Assembly (NCBI GenBank): GCA_963768055.1
Contig: CAVYGN010000002.1
Span: forward strand, 960,001-1,024,000
Direction of reading: 5' to 3'
Source: an uncultured Spirochaetota bacterium
GTDB lineage: Bacteria > Spirochaetota > Brevinematia > Brevinematales > JAOACQ01
DNA length: 64,000 bases
Below, in pieces: positions 28,023 to 37,511 of this stretch; positions within the stretch are counted from its first letter, which is position 1, and each line of letters begins with the position of its first letter. The notes beneath the pieces were generated by a model. It had not been told where the DNA came from. It saw only the letters and a list, made by a program, of their open reading frames with translations, and did not search any database. The translations under genes and the position numbers were made by a program.

Positions 28023-29370
28023 CAGGTATTATAACCCCGATAACCGGACCTATTATAATCTTAACAATTATGACGTCCTTGAAAACAAGACCATAATGCC
28101 TGTATTCGGCAACGGCCTTGTAGCCGGGAGCATGACAAATATGCCTGTTTATAAGACCGATATTCATATAATCCTTCAGCAGCAAAGACTTAAAAAGATT
28201 ATCGATTACTTTAATAGCTACATAAACGAAGGAAAAATATTCGGCTCAGAGGATTATGTAACAAGGTTTATTTCAGGCCTGAATTTTCAATTATTCGGAT
28301 ACCTGGGCGGTGAAACTTACCTTGAAGAAACCCGGTCCGAATATCCTTTTTGGGACCACCTGTCCATGTCGAAAAAATTTTTTATCAAAGACCTGGTAAA
28401 CCTTGCAAAGATAGTAAGCAAATGGGAAATAAAGGGAAACCGAATTACGACCAATAAAAACCTTGGCAGCGATTCCTCGTTCCTGGCCGACGGAAAATCG
28501 CTTGAATTTTTCAATGTCCTGAAACTATTGTATGGAATACCGCTGGATACTGAATATGTTCCTGTCGGTTCTGTAGATATTGCGGCCCTGAAATTCGGCA
28601 TCGAAGCCGAATCTTCTTTTTTCGGCACTTATCCCCGCGAATCCGTCTTCGGCTATAATATCGACGCGGTCAATCATAGCTTCTGGGAACCTGACAAAAC
28701 GGCTGAAATAGTTATTAAATCCCTTAAGGATGAAAATTCAATATCAAGGGTCCTGAAACTCCTTGAAAAAACAAAAAAGAACAGGGACATAACAGTTTCG
28801 GAAATTGAAGAAGATAAAAGCAAACCCTGCGCCGACGGGGGGATCAGGAAAATTTCATATATAAAAAAGAGTGAAATAAAAAGTGATTCTATAAAAAAAT
28901 CCGAGAGGCAAAATAAATACGCAGTATCTTATATTAATTACGATCTCAATGTCATCGACACCGGCAGACTCGAGAATTACGCTGTGGAAATCCCGCTGAA
29001 GCAAATTTATACAATCGAAAATTTCATTGAAACTACTAAAGACATCTTAAGGCAGGAAGTGCCCTTCAGGATAAACGCGGAGTTTTTCATTCTGGAAGGG
29101 CCGGTTACCGTTGAAAAAAGAATAGTATATCCGGACCCTATAATACTCTGTATTTTCAAAGAGTTTCCCGGGACTTATATTCCTGTGGAAGCATGGCTGC
29201 CCGACCAGGCTAAAATCTTAAAAATGCATGAGGCGTCGATTGAGCATGGCGGGATGATCAATACATTCGACACGAAAAGACTGCAAAAGCCGGAAAAAAG
29301 CGAAACCGCAGGAAAAACTGTCTGGAAAACCAATACCTTCCGGCCCTCAGGAACACTTCCGCCTTTTTGA
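28009..29370 (+). CDS. Hypothetical protein
   Basis: 453-aa ORF, GGAGG RBS, overlaps the upstream stop; no family recognised. Confidence 0.7.
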   Translation: MKYPDRYYNPDNRTYYNLNNYDVLENKTIMPVFGNGLVAGSMTNMPVYKTDIHIILQQQRLKKIIDYFNSYINEGKIFGSEDYVTRFISGLNFQLFGYLGGETYLEETRSEYPFWDHLSMSKKFFIKDLVNLAKIVSKWEIKGNRITTNKNLGSDSSFLADGKSLEFFNVLKLLYGIPLDTEYVPVGSVDIAALKFGIEAESSFFGTYPRESVFGYNIDAVNHSFWEPDKTAEIVIKSLKDENSISRVLKLLEKTKKNRDITVSEIEEDKSKPCADGGIRKISYIKKSEIKSDSIKKSERQNKYAVSYINYDLNVIDTGRLENYAVEIPLKQIYTIENFIETTKDILRQEVPFRINAEFFILEGPVTVEKRIVYPDPIILCIFKEFPGTYIPVEAWLPDQAKILKMHEASIEHGGMINTFDTKRLQKPEKSETAGKTVWKTNTFRPSGTLPPF

Positions 29371-29443
29371 GATTGTTTTTTGAAATAAAGAGCATCATAA
29401 TATAAGATAAATGCAGGCTTAATTAATGTTATAAGAGGTTGCG

Positions 29444-30715
29444 ATGGACAGAAATTGGGAATTGTTGAAACAGAACGACCCTGAAGTTTTTAGCGCTATA
29501 AAAGGCGAGGAAGAACGGGAAAGGAAAGGCATAGAATTGATACCCTCGGAAAATTATACTTATCCCGAGGTTTTTGCGGCTAACGGCAGTATTTTTACGA
29601 ATAAATATTCGGAAGGTTATCCCGGGAAAAGGTATTACGGGGGCCAGGAATATACGGATTATATTGAAAGACTTGCGATCGAAAGGGCGAAAAAGGTATT
29701 CCGCTGCGAACATGCCAACGTTCAAGCCCTGTCCGGTTCCCCGATGAACCAGGCCGTTTATCTTGCCTTCTTAAAACCCGGCGATACGGTGCTCGGCATG
29801 GACCTGTCGCATGGCGGTCATTTAACACATGGGGCGCCTGTATCGCATATGGGGAAGATTTTCAACTTTATCAGGTATAAAACTGATCCCGATAATAAGG
29901 GCAGGATCGATTTTGATTCCCTGATGAAAATCGCCAGGGAACATAAACCTAAAATTGTTCTCTGCGGTTTTACATCGTACCCAAGGGATTATAATTACGA
30001 GGATTTTAAGAAAATCGCCGATGAGGTAGGGGCCATCACAATGGCTGATGTAGCCCATATAGGCGGGCTTATCGCCGCCGGGGTGATGAAGAACCCGTTC
30101 GATTTCGGTTTTGATATTGTTACTACAACCACCCATAAAAGCCTTAGGGGCCCCAGGGGGGCCCTGATCATGTGCAGGGAAAAATTTGCTTCATCAATAG
30201 ATAAATCCGTTTTTCCGGGGCTCCAGGGAGGACCGCATATGCACACGGTAGCTGCTATAGCAGTAGCTCTCGGTAAAGCACTAAAACCCGAATTCAGGGA
30301 ATACGGCGTCCAGATACTTAAAAATGCCAAGGTGCTTTCGGAAACACTGATGGAATCCGGGGTAAGCCTTGTAACAGGCGGAACAGAAAATCATCTTATG
30401 GTTGCCGATATAATCAAAAGTTTCGGCTATGACGGTAAGATTGCCGAACAGGTCCTTGACAGCGTCTCTATAACAACTAATAAGCAGATAATCCCGGACG
30501 ACCCGAATCCGCCTTTAAGGCCCAGCGGCATAAGGCTTGGAACGCCCGCCGCCACTACAAGAAACATGAAAGAGCAGGAAATGGGAAAGATAGGATTATG
30601 GATAGCAAACGCCCTCAAAAATCATGATAATGAGGCGGTTTTGTCAGGGATAAAAAAAGAAGTAGAGGAGCTCTGTTTAAAGTTTCCGGTACCGGGCCTC
30701 ACCATTTCAGAATAA
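29444..30715 (+). CDS. glyA: Serine hydroxymethyltransferase
   Basis: LIPSEN, NKYSEGYPGKRYYGG, GGHLTHG, TTTHKSLRGPRG, FPGLQGGP. Confidence 0.98.
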   Translation: MDRNWELLKQNDPEVFSAIKGEEERERKGIELIPSENYTYPEVFAANGSIFTNKYSEGYPGKRYYGGQEYTDYIERLAIERAKKVFRCEHANVQALSGSPMNQAVYLAFLKPGDTVLGMDLSHGGHLTHGAPVSHMGKIFNFIRYKTDPDNKGRIDFDSLMKIAREHKPKIVLCGFTSYPRDYNYEDFKKIADEVGAITMADVAHIGGLIAAGVMKNPFDFGFDIVTTTTHKSLRGPRGALIMCREKFASSIDKSVFPGLQGGPHMHTVAAIAVALGKALKPEFREYGVQILKNAKVLSETLMESGVSLVTGGTENHLMVADIIKSFGYDGKIAEQVLDSVSITTNKQIIPDDPNPPLRPSGIRLGTPAATTRNMKEQEMGKIGLWIANALKNHDNEAVLSGIKKEVEELCLKFPVPGLTISE

Positions 30716-30726
30716 AGGAGGGCCTC

Positions 30727-31188
30727 ATGAAATTATATCTAGTCCGCCATGGAGAAGCCGTCCAGACTGAAAACGATAATGAAAGGGTCCTCACAAAAGA
30801 AGGCAGGGAAAGGGTGGAAGAAACCGCCGGATTTCTTTTTAAAAATAATGTCAATGTGGATATAATTTATCATAGCGTAAAAACCAGGGCAAGAGAAACG
30901 GCGAATATTATTGCCGCTAAGATAAACCCTTCCGGAGGAATAAAGGAATCCCCGGATTTGAAGCCTAATGATCCGGTAAGATCATGGCTTTATAACGCAG
31001 GGAACTTGAAGAGTGACGCGATGATTGTCGGCCATCTTCCCCATCTCTCAAAGCTTGTTTCATCTCTTACCGCAGGGGATGAAAACAGGGACATCCTTGT
31101 TATAGGAGGCGCATCAGTTGCCTGCCTTGAAAAAACGGGCGTCGACAACTGGTCTGTACTCTGGTTTGTAAATCCGGATATACTCTGA
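30727..31188 (+). CDS. sixA: Phosphohistidine phosphatase SixA
   Basis: LYLVRHGEA, R.LT.EG, RA.ETA, IVGHLP. Confidence 0.9.
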   Translation: MKLYLVRHGEAVQTENDNERVLTKEGRERVEETAGFLFKNNVNVDIIYHSVKTRARETANIIAAKINPSGGIKESPDLKPNDPVRSWLYNAGNLKSDAMIVGHLPHLSKLVSSLTAGDENRDILVIGGASVACLEKTGVDNWSVLWFVNPDIL

Positions 31189-31203
31189 ACAGGGTGGTTT
31201 TTT

Positions 31204-32073
31204 ATGACCCGATCCACCTGGCTGCACATGAGGATACCGTTTTCATATTTTTTAACCCCTGTTTTTATGCTTTCCCTGTGTCTGTCCAGGGAAATCAATA
31301 TCTTTAAGGCCGTCTTTTCATTTTTGATCATACATCTTCTGGTTTATCCTGCCAGTAACGGCTTTAACTCATACTACGACCGGGATGAACAGAGTATCGG
31401 GGGCCTCGGAAAACCCCCGGCCGTTACCCCCGATCTGCTCTATGTTTCCCTGTTGTTTGAACTGTCCGCCGTTCTTCTCGCTTTGATCATCAGCATTCCC
31501 TTTGCTGCAGGATTATTTATATATGGAATAGGTTCGAAATTATACAGTTATGACAGGACCCGGTTTAAAAAAAGGCCGTTCCTCAGCTGGATCAGCGTAT
31601 CGCTGTTTGGCGGTTTCCTGATTTTTCTTTTAGCGTACGGTTCGTTCAACACCGGCGGATATAATCTGATTTTTAATCCTGAAACCCTTATCCCGGCAAT
31701 AATAGCCTCATTTTACCTGATGGCCTCTTATCCGCTTACCCAGGTTTATCAGCATGAAGAAGACAGGCGCAGGGGCGATATAACTATTTCAATTCTTCTC
31801 GGGATTAAAGGCACTTTTATTATTGCCGCTGTTTTTTTTATTCTGGCCCTGGCGGGGTTTATAATCTATTTTAATCATTATCGGGGTGCTTTTCCCGCCG
31901 TATTATTTTTTGCCGTTCAATTGCCGGCGATTGCTTATTTTATTTCCTGGTTTTTACGGGTATTCAGGGATGTGAGGGCTGCAGGGTTCAAATCAGCAAT
32001 GTGGATGAATCTTGTGTCTTCCACTGCCACTAACCTGTTCTGCGTGATTTTTTTCCTGCTATTACGGAAATAG
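31204..32073 (+). CDS. UbiA prenyltransferase family membrane protein
   Basis: NSYYDRDE, TQVYQHEED.RRGD.T, multiple TMs. Confidence 0.85.
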   Translation: MTRSTWLHMRIPFSYFLTPVFMLSLCLSREINIFKAVFSFLIIHLLVYPASNGFNSYYDRDEQSIGGLGKPPAVTPDLLYVSLLFELSAVLLALIISIPFAAGLFIYGIGSKLYSYDRTRFKKRPFLSWISVSLFGGFLIFLLAYGSFNTGGYNLIFNPETLIPAIIASFYLMASYPLTQVYQHEEDRRRGDITISILLGIKGTFIIAAVFFILALAGFIIYFNHYRGAFPAVLFFAVQLPAIAYFISWFLRVFRDVRAAGFKSAMWMNLVSSTATNLFCVIFFLLLRK

Positions 32074-32164
32074 CCGGTTTATGAAAGGATTATTATTTCC
32101 GGAAAGGATTGACTATATGAAGCTGTGTGATAAAATATACAAAATTATATGAGGGAGTTTTCAT

Positions 32165-32725
32165 ATGAAAGAGTTTGTAATTTGCAAATCCTGCGGTTTT
32201 ATTATGCCGAAAGGCAGCTTGAAGGATAAATGCCCTGCATGCGGTGTCCCCGCTAAGATGTTCGAACCATACATAGAAAGGGTTTCGGAACACAGAAAGA
32301 TGATACTGTCCCTTGACATACATCCCGTTCTTGTCCACTTTCCGGTAGCCTTCAATTTTACAATCCTGGTCCTTTCCGCAGCCTTGCTTTTCATAACAGG
32401 GACCGCTCTTTATAAACTCATGACCGCTTTGACTGTTATGACATATTTTCTCCCTATAGTTATAATAGCCGCATTTCTTGGGGGCCTCCTGGACGGTAAA
32501 ATCCGTTTCAGAAGAGTTTCTACTCCGATATTGATACGCAAAATGATTTTCGGATCATTGTTCTTTTTAATCTCCTTTTTCATGCTTTTAATTAACCGGT
32601 TCTACGGCTTGGGCAGTCCTGGAGCCGCTATGATCACGGTAATCCTATCGGCTGGAGGAGTCGCATGTTCGACTATCCTGGCAAAATACGGCGTTAGCCT
32701 CCTGCCTGCGAAATTTCCGGGATAA
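32165..32725 (+). CDS. Rubredoxin-like domain fused to DUF2231-like membrane domain
   Basis: CKSCG..CPACG then HPVLVHFP and four TMs. Confidence 0.78.
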   Translation: MKEFVICKSCGFIMPKGSLKDKCPACGVPAKMFEPYIERVSEHRKMILSLDIHPVLVHFPVAFNFTILVLSAALLFITGTALYKLMTALTVMTYFLPIVIIAAFLGGLLDGKIRFRRVSTPILIRKMIFGSLFFLISFFMLLINRFYGLGSPGAAMITVILSAGGVACSTILAKYGVSLLPAKFPG

Positions 32726-32729
32726 TTTT

Positions 32730-33632
32730 ATGAAAATATTCATGACAGGCGGGATGGGATTTATCGGATCGTCAGTTGTGACGGCCCTTCTGGACAAAGG
32801 GCATGAGTTTACATTGCTTTCCAGGAATCCGGACAAGATACCCGCTTTTAAGTCGAATCCGGGCATCAGGGTGCTGAAAGGCGGTCTCGAGGATAAAAAA
32901 TTGATAGAGGACCATCTGCAGGGGCATGAAGCCTGCATTCACAACGCCCTTAATTGGGGAAATTCAGCTATTGAAATGCTGACAAAAGACACATTATCCT
33001 CGGTTTTTATTTTTGAGAAGGCTGCTGAAGCGGGGATAAAGAGGTTCATATATACTTCATCTACCGCGGCGATGGGAGAATTCAGGGAAAAAATGGATGA
33101 AGAAACGAAATCGAAACCGATCAATTATTATTGCGCGACAAAAGCGGCCAGCGAGGAATATCTTCTGGCTGTTTCATATCAATATCCGATGATATGCAGT
33201 ATTATCCGACCGGGTTATACATTCGGCAGGCCCGTGATCGCAGGAGCGCCCATGGAAGTGGATTCGAGATTCAGGGAAATCGTCATGGCCGCACTTGAAG
33301 GACGCGATATCACCGTAACTATAAATGACGGAACGCAGTTTATCTGGGCGGGAGATCTTGCTAAAATTTATCTCTCGGTCCTCGATTCGGGAGAAAACAG
33401 GAATATTTATTTTGGAATGGGGAAGGATTATATTACATGGGAAAAAGTAGCGGTAGAGGCGGTTAAACAGACGGCATCAGGCAGCCGCATAATTAAAATT
33501 GACGGCGGCATCGGCGCTATTTCCCTTTTTGATTTAAGTAAAATAAAAAATTCCTTTGGGTACAGTTTTGATTCCTGGGATAAAATCGTTAGCCATATAA
33601 AATATCTTGCGGAGACTATTCCAAAAAATTAA
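32730..33632 (+). CDS. NAD-dependent epimerase/dehydratase (extended SDR)
   Basis: TGGMGFIGS, YTSS, YCATK. Confidence 0.9.
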   Translation: MKIFMTGGMGFIGSSVVTALLDKGHEFTLLSRNPDKIPAFKSNPGIRVLKGGLEDKKLIEDHLQGHEACIHNALNWGNSAIEMLTKDTLSSVFIFEKAAEAGIKRFIYTSSTAAMGEFREKMDEETKSKPINYYCATKAASEEYLLAVSYQYPMICSIIRPGYTFGRPVIAGAPMEVDSRFREIVMAALEGRDITVTINDGTQFIWAGDLAKIYLSVLDSGENRNIYFGMGKDYITWEKVAVEAVKQTASGSRIIKIDGGIGAISLFDLSKIKNSFGYSFDSWDKIVSHIKYLAETIPKN

Positions 33633-33661
33633 AGGAGTAAATAATTCAGGAGGGACTAATT

Positions 33662-34540
33662 ATGAAAACAAGAATTTTGGTCCTTATTATGGTTCTCTTG
33701 GCGGCCTGCGCCTATGCTAAAAAACCGAGACTCGCAATCATTGATTTTCAGTACAAAGCCGGATCCGATTCCGGAAGCTGGCCCGTTGGGCAGGGTATTG
33801 CCGATATGCTGGCTACGGCCCTTTTTAAATCGGGTAAGTTTGACGTAATGGAAAGAACGAAATTGGAAAGTGTTCTCGATGAACAGAAACTGCAGATGAG
33901 CGGCATAACCACGCCCGAGTCGGCGGTTAAGGCAGGTAAAATACTCGGCCTGCAGTATATCGTTATCGGAAGCGTCAACCAGTTCGGCCAGAAAGCGGAT
34001 CAGACAAAGGCTTTCGGGGTCATTGTCAATAACATTACCGCAAGGGTTGCTACAGATGTGCGTATTATAAATGTGGAAACCGGCAGGGTGGAGGGAGCGG
34101 AAACAGGCGCCGGCGAGGAGACATCTACAGGGGTTTCAGTTGAAAATGAGAACCTGCCTACAGATCTTGCATTCGGATCTACAGGATTCGATGAAACTAT
34201 AATCGGTAAAGCGACAAAAAAATGCGTTGACGATCTTGTCAATCAGTTCACGAAAACCTTCGGTAATATGCCTATTGAAGGAAAAATTATGAAAGTGGAC
34301 AATGATTCGGCTTATATCAATCTAGGTAAAGATTCGGGTGTTGCGGTAGGAATGGTGCTGGTTGTAATGGAAAAGGGGGAGGAACTGATCGATCCCGATT
34401 CCGGAGAAAGCCTCGGAAGCGAGGATAAACAGGTCGGATCCCTGAAAATAAAGGAAATCAAGGATAAATACTGCATTGCGGATATTGTGGACGGTAAAGG
34501 CAGTATTAAAGCGAATGATGTAGTCTTGCAGAAAAAATAA
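33662..34540 (+). CDS. CsgG/HfaB family exported protein with FlgT-C-like tail
   Basis: Signal peptide, LAIIDF, F.VMER..L..VLDEQ, GKILG.QY, YINLG.DSGV..G. Confidence 0.8.
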   Translation: MKTRILVLIMVLLAACAYAKKPRLAIIDFQYKAGSDSGSWPVGQGIADMLATALFKSGKFDVMERTKLESVLDEQKLQMSGITTPESAVKAGKILGLQYIVIGSVNQFGQKADQTKAFGVIVNNITARVATDVRIINVETGRVEGAETGAGEETSTGVSVENENLPTDLAFGSTGFDETIIGKATKKCVDDLVNQFTKTFGNMPIEGKIMKVDNDSAYINLGKDSGVAVGMVLVVMEKGEELIDPDSGESLGSEDKQVGSLKIKEIKDKYCIADIVDGKGSIKANDVVLQKK

Positions 34541-34542
34541 TT

Positions 34543-35505
34543 ATGGATCCAAAGAGCGCATGGAAGGCTGACAGAAGCGAACGTGAGATTTTCGATTCAT
34601 ACTCGCAAACAGTAATATCGGTCTCAAAAGCTATAAGTTCCTCAGTCGTACATATTAAAGTAGGGCAAAATAAAACCCCGGACGGGGAAGGCAGCGGTTC
34701 AGGATTTATTTTTACTCCTGATGGGTTTATTTTAACAAATAGTCATGTTGTTCATAATCAAAAATATATCGAGGTAGCCCTTTCAGATTCCCGTCATTAT
34801 GAAGGAACCCTGATCGGAGATGATCCTGATACGGATCTTGCAATATTAAGAATTTCGGAATCGGATCTTTCAGCGGCTGTTTTCGGGGATTCTTCACGCC
34901 TGATTGTAGGTCAGCTTGCCGTTGCAGTCGGCAATCCCTACGGATTTCAAAACACCTTAACAGCGGGTGTAATCAGCGCTCTCGGCAGGTCTTTTCATTC
35001 GTCCAACGGACGCCTTATAGATAATGTAATTCAAACGGATGCGGCTTTAAACCCGGGCAATTCAGGAGGGCCGCTTTTGAATTCACATGGAGAAGTAATA
35101 GGCGTAAACACCGCGGTTATTCTTTCGGCCCAGGGATTATGTTTTGCCATTCCAAGCAATACGGCCCAGAAGGTCGCTTCGCTTCTTATCAAGAACGGGA
35201 AAATCCGCCGCGGTTATCTCGGGATAGGGGGACAGAATGTGGAACTTCATAGGAAGCTTGTGCGTTATTACCAGCTCCCGTTTGAAACCGGGGTCCTGAT
35301 TATAAATATTCAGAAAAGCAGTCCGGCAGAAGCGGCGGGCCTTCTTGAAAGGGATATAATCATTGATTATAATGAAAACCCGGTCGGTTCCATGGATGAT
35401 CTTCACAGCCTGCTTACTGAGGACAGCATAGGGCACCCTTCGAGAATGACAATAATTCGCTTTAATGAAAAAAGGACTCTTGAAATTATACCTGTTGAAT
35501 CATAG
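34543..35505 (+). CDS. HtrA/DegQ-like trypsin protease with PDZ domain
   Basis: GSGSGF, TNSHVV, TDLA, QTDAALNPGNSGGPL, C-terminal PDZ. Confidence 0.95.
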   Translation: MDPKSAWKADRSEREIFDSYSQTVISVSKAISSSVVHIKVGQNKTPDGEGSGSGFIFTPDGFILTNSHVVHNQKYIEVALSDSRHYEGTLIGDDPDTDLAILRISESDLSAAVFGDSSRLIVGQLAVAVGNPYGFQNTLTAGVISALGRSFHSSNGRLIDNVIQTDAALNPGNSGGPLLNSHGEVIGVNTAVILSAQGLCFAIPSNTAQKVASLLIKNGKIRRGYLGIGGQNVELHRKLVRYYQLPFETGVLIINIQKSSPAEAAGLLERDIIIDYNENPVGSMDDLHSLLTEDSIGHPSRMTIIRFNEKRTLEIIPVES

Positions 35506-37293
35506 TCATAAAGTCTTATTAAAGACCTCGAAGATCAGAGTACGCTCGGCAACCTGTTTGATATTTTTACTGCCGGAAGCTCTGGGAACAAGCCAGCATA
35601 CCGCCCTGTTCCCCTTGAAATATTTCATTGCCGAGGAAATTACCTTTTTAAGAGAATAAGGATTTCTGGAAACAATATTTATCATTATCATCAGCCAGTT
35701 TATCGAATAATGGCTTATATTGGAACCTCCATTGAAAAGCTGTGTAACTGAAGGGCCGGATGTCTTTTTTTTCGCATGTCCGAAATCCGGGGCTTCTGCC
35801 TTTCCTATCGGATCGACTCCGGCTGCCAGACAAAAATCTTCCGAGGCCCATTTTGCCACCGATTCAGTGGAAGAAATCCTGGAATAATTACAGCCATACA
35901 GGTCAATTATAAGTTCGAACGAACTTGAAAATCCGTCTTCGACAGGTGATTTGAACGATCTGGACAGGACTTTTGTCGGATCTGTGAGCCTCGGTTTATA
36001 ATATTCATTATCCGGTTTTAGCCTTTTATTATCCTGGGTCAGTTCCGCCCTGTAAATCAGGCTGTTATTCCGGATTTTCCGGATATCGGCGAAAGAACCA
36101 CGGGGTATGTGAAGGCAATTTCCCGATGAAGCTCCATAGTAAATAAGAGAATAGGAAACGGCATTATCAACGGGAAGTTCTGCACAGGTAAAGCAGTTGG
36201 CGCATCCTATGGAATCATACTGCCTGTAATTTATTGCGCTTGTTTCAATATACTGGATCAGGGTATCCCCCTCTCCGAATATTTCGTTTGAAACGATAGG
36301 AGTCCCGAAGGCCTTCATCTTGATAGCCTCGCATGTCTTTTCGCTCCATTCGGCAACTTTTTCCATTGTCGGGATCCTGTTGTTTTTCAGTTCGATATCA
36401 ATAACAATTTCTTCGCCATACTTATCCTGTTCGAGCCTTCGTTGAAATTCGGGATAAATCGATACGGATACATCAGGAGAATACCAATTAAATTTAAGCC
36501 CCGATTCTTTGAAAGCCTTTTTCGAATTATTTACAGACCTGGGGAAAACTTTTCTGCCCTTAGAGCCGGCGGTGAGGCTGAAAGGGCCTCCGATATAACT
36601 TGAATTTGAGAACTGGATTACCCTTACATCGTCAAAAACCCTTTCGACCTGTCTCCAGCTTGCAGGACATTCGGAAGGTTGTAATATAAGCGATCCCGTC
36701 TGGTGTATAGCTATTCCGCCATCAACAAGAGCATCGTAAACGCTCTGATAAAAATCGGTATTGAAAAGGCTTTGTGCGGGTCCGATGGGGTCGGTCGAAT
36801 CTATTATTATAACATCGCATTTATCTTTCAAGGATTTTATTACGTCCGCGCCGTCGCCGATTACAAGGTGTAATCTTTTATCGTCCCATACCCCTTCGGA
36901 TACGCTCGGCATGAATTCCCTGCACTTCTCTATTATCATTTTATCTATTTCAACCAGTGTGACAGATTTGACGGATTTATGCCTGAGCACCTCCCTGGCT
37001 ACTCCCCCGTCTCCTCCGCCTATGATAAGAATATTCCTGGCTGGTTTTAATAACGAGAATAAGGGCCAATGGGTTATCCATTCATGGTATATGCCCTCGT
37101 CCTCCTCGGTCAATTGTACCACGCCATCCAGAACGAGCACCCTTCCCAGACGGGATGTTTCAAGAATCAGCATATCCTGGTAACCGGTATCAGTGAGCGG
37201 TACCAGGACCTTTTCTACCTTAAAACCGTAAGTGATATCTGAATAAAGGTCTTCATAATACCAGAATTCCTTATTGCGGCTGATTAATCCCAT
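35506..37293 (-). CDS. speE: Polyamine aminopropyltransferase (spermidine synthase) fused to two AdoMet-decarboxylase-like repeats
   Basis: N-half: LDGVVQ.TE.DE..YHE, IGGGDGG, VEID, DSTDP; C-half: two SpeD-like units (E.VID..QYIETSAI..FTC; ELIIDLYGC..FGH..SGPSVTQL..SNISHY). Confidence 0.88.
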   Translation of the reverse strand: MGLISRNKEFWYYEDLYSDITYGFKVEKVLVPLTDTGYQDMLILETSRLGRVLVLDGVVQLTEEDEGIYHEWITHWPLFSLLKPARNILIIGGGDGGVAREVLRHKSVKSVTLVEIDKMIIEKCREFMPSVSEGVWDDKRLHLVIGDGADVIKSLKDKCDVIIIDSTDPIGPAQSLFNTDFYQSVYDALVDGGIAIHQTGSLILQPSECPASWRQVERVFDDVRVIQFSNSSYIGGPFSLTAGSKGRKVFPRSVNNSKKAFKESGLKFNWYSPDVSVSIYPEFQRRLEQDKYGEEIVIDIELKNNRIPTMEKVAEWSEKTCEAIKMKAFGTPIVSNEIFGEGDTLIQYIETSAINYRQYDSIGCANCFTCAELPVDNAVSYSLIYYGASSGNCLHIPRGSFADIRKIRNNSLIYRAELTQDNKRLKPDNEYYKPRLTDPTKVLSRSFKSPVEDGFSSSFELIIDLYGCNYSRISSTESVAKWASEDFCLAAGVDPIGKAEAPDFGHAKKKTSGPSVTQLFNGGSNISHYSINWLMIMINIVSRNPYSLKKVISSAMKYFKGNRAVCWLVPRASGSKNIKQVAERTLIFEVFNKTL

Positions 37294-37343
37294 TTTTTTA
37301 TCCTTTGTTCTGAATTGAAATAAACCCGGAAATATTGTTAATG

Positions 37344-37372
37344 ATTTTATTATAGGGTTTTTTTTATGTCAA
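37344..37372 (-). promoter_or_regulatory. sigma70 promoter of the speE fusion gene
   Basis: Minus strand TTGACA, 17 bp, TAAAAT. Confidence 0.6.
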
Positions 37373-37392
37373 GGATAGGAACTTGAATAACG

Positions 37393-37421
37393 TTGACAAA
37401 GCGCTGGTTTTTATAGATAAT
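37393..37421 (+). promoter_or_regulatory. sigma70 promoter of the 37512 gene (back-to-back with the above)
   Basis: TTGACA, 17 bp, GATAAT. Confidence 0.55.
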
Positions 37422-37511
37422 GTGAGGCTTATAAAATAACAAAGAGCATCCTGAAGTATGAATCTTAATAAAGCGGTATTATTATGACGATCTTTATAGA
37501 AGAGGAACTGT

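Noticed and set aside
33662..34540. Curli secretion system
   Set aside because: Only a lone CsgG/HfaB-like domain is present, with no csgA/B/E/F nearby.
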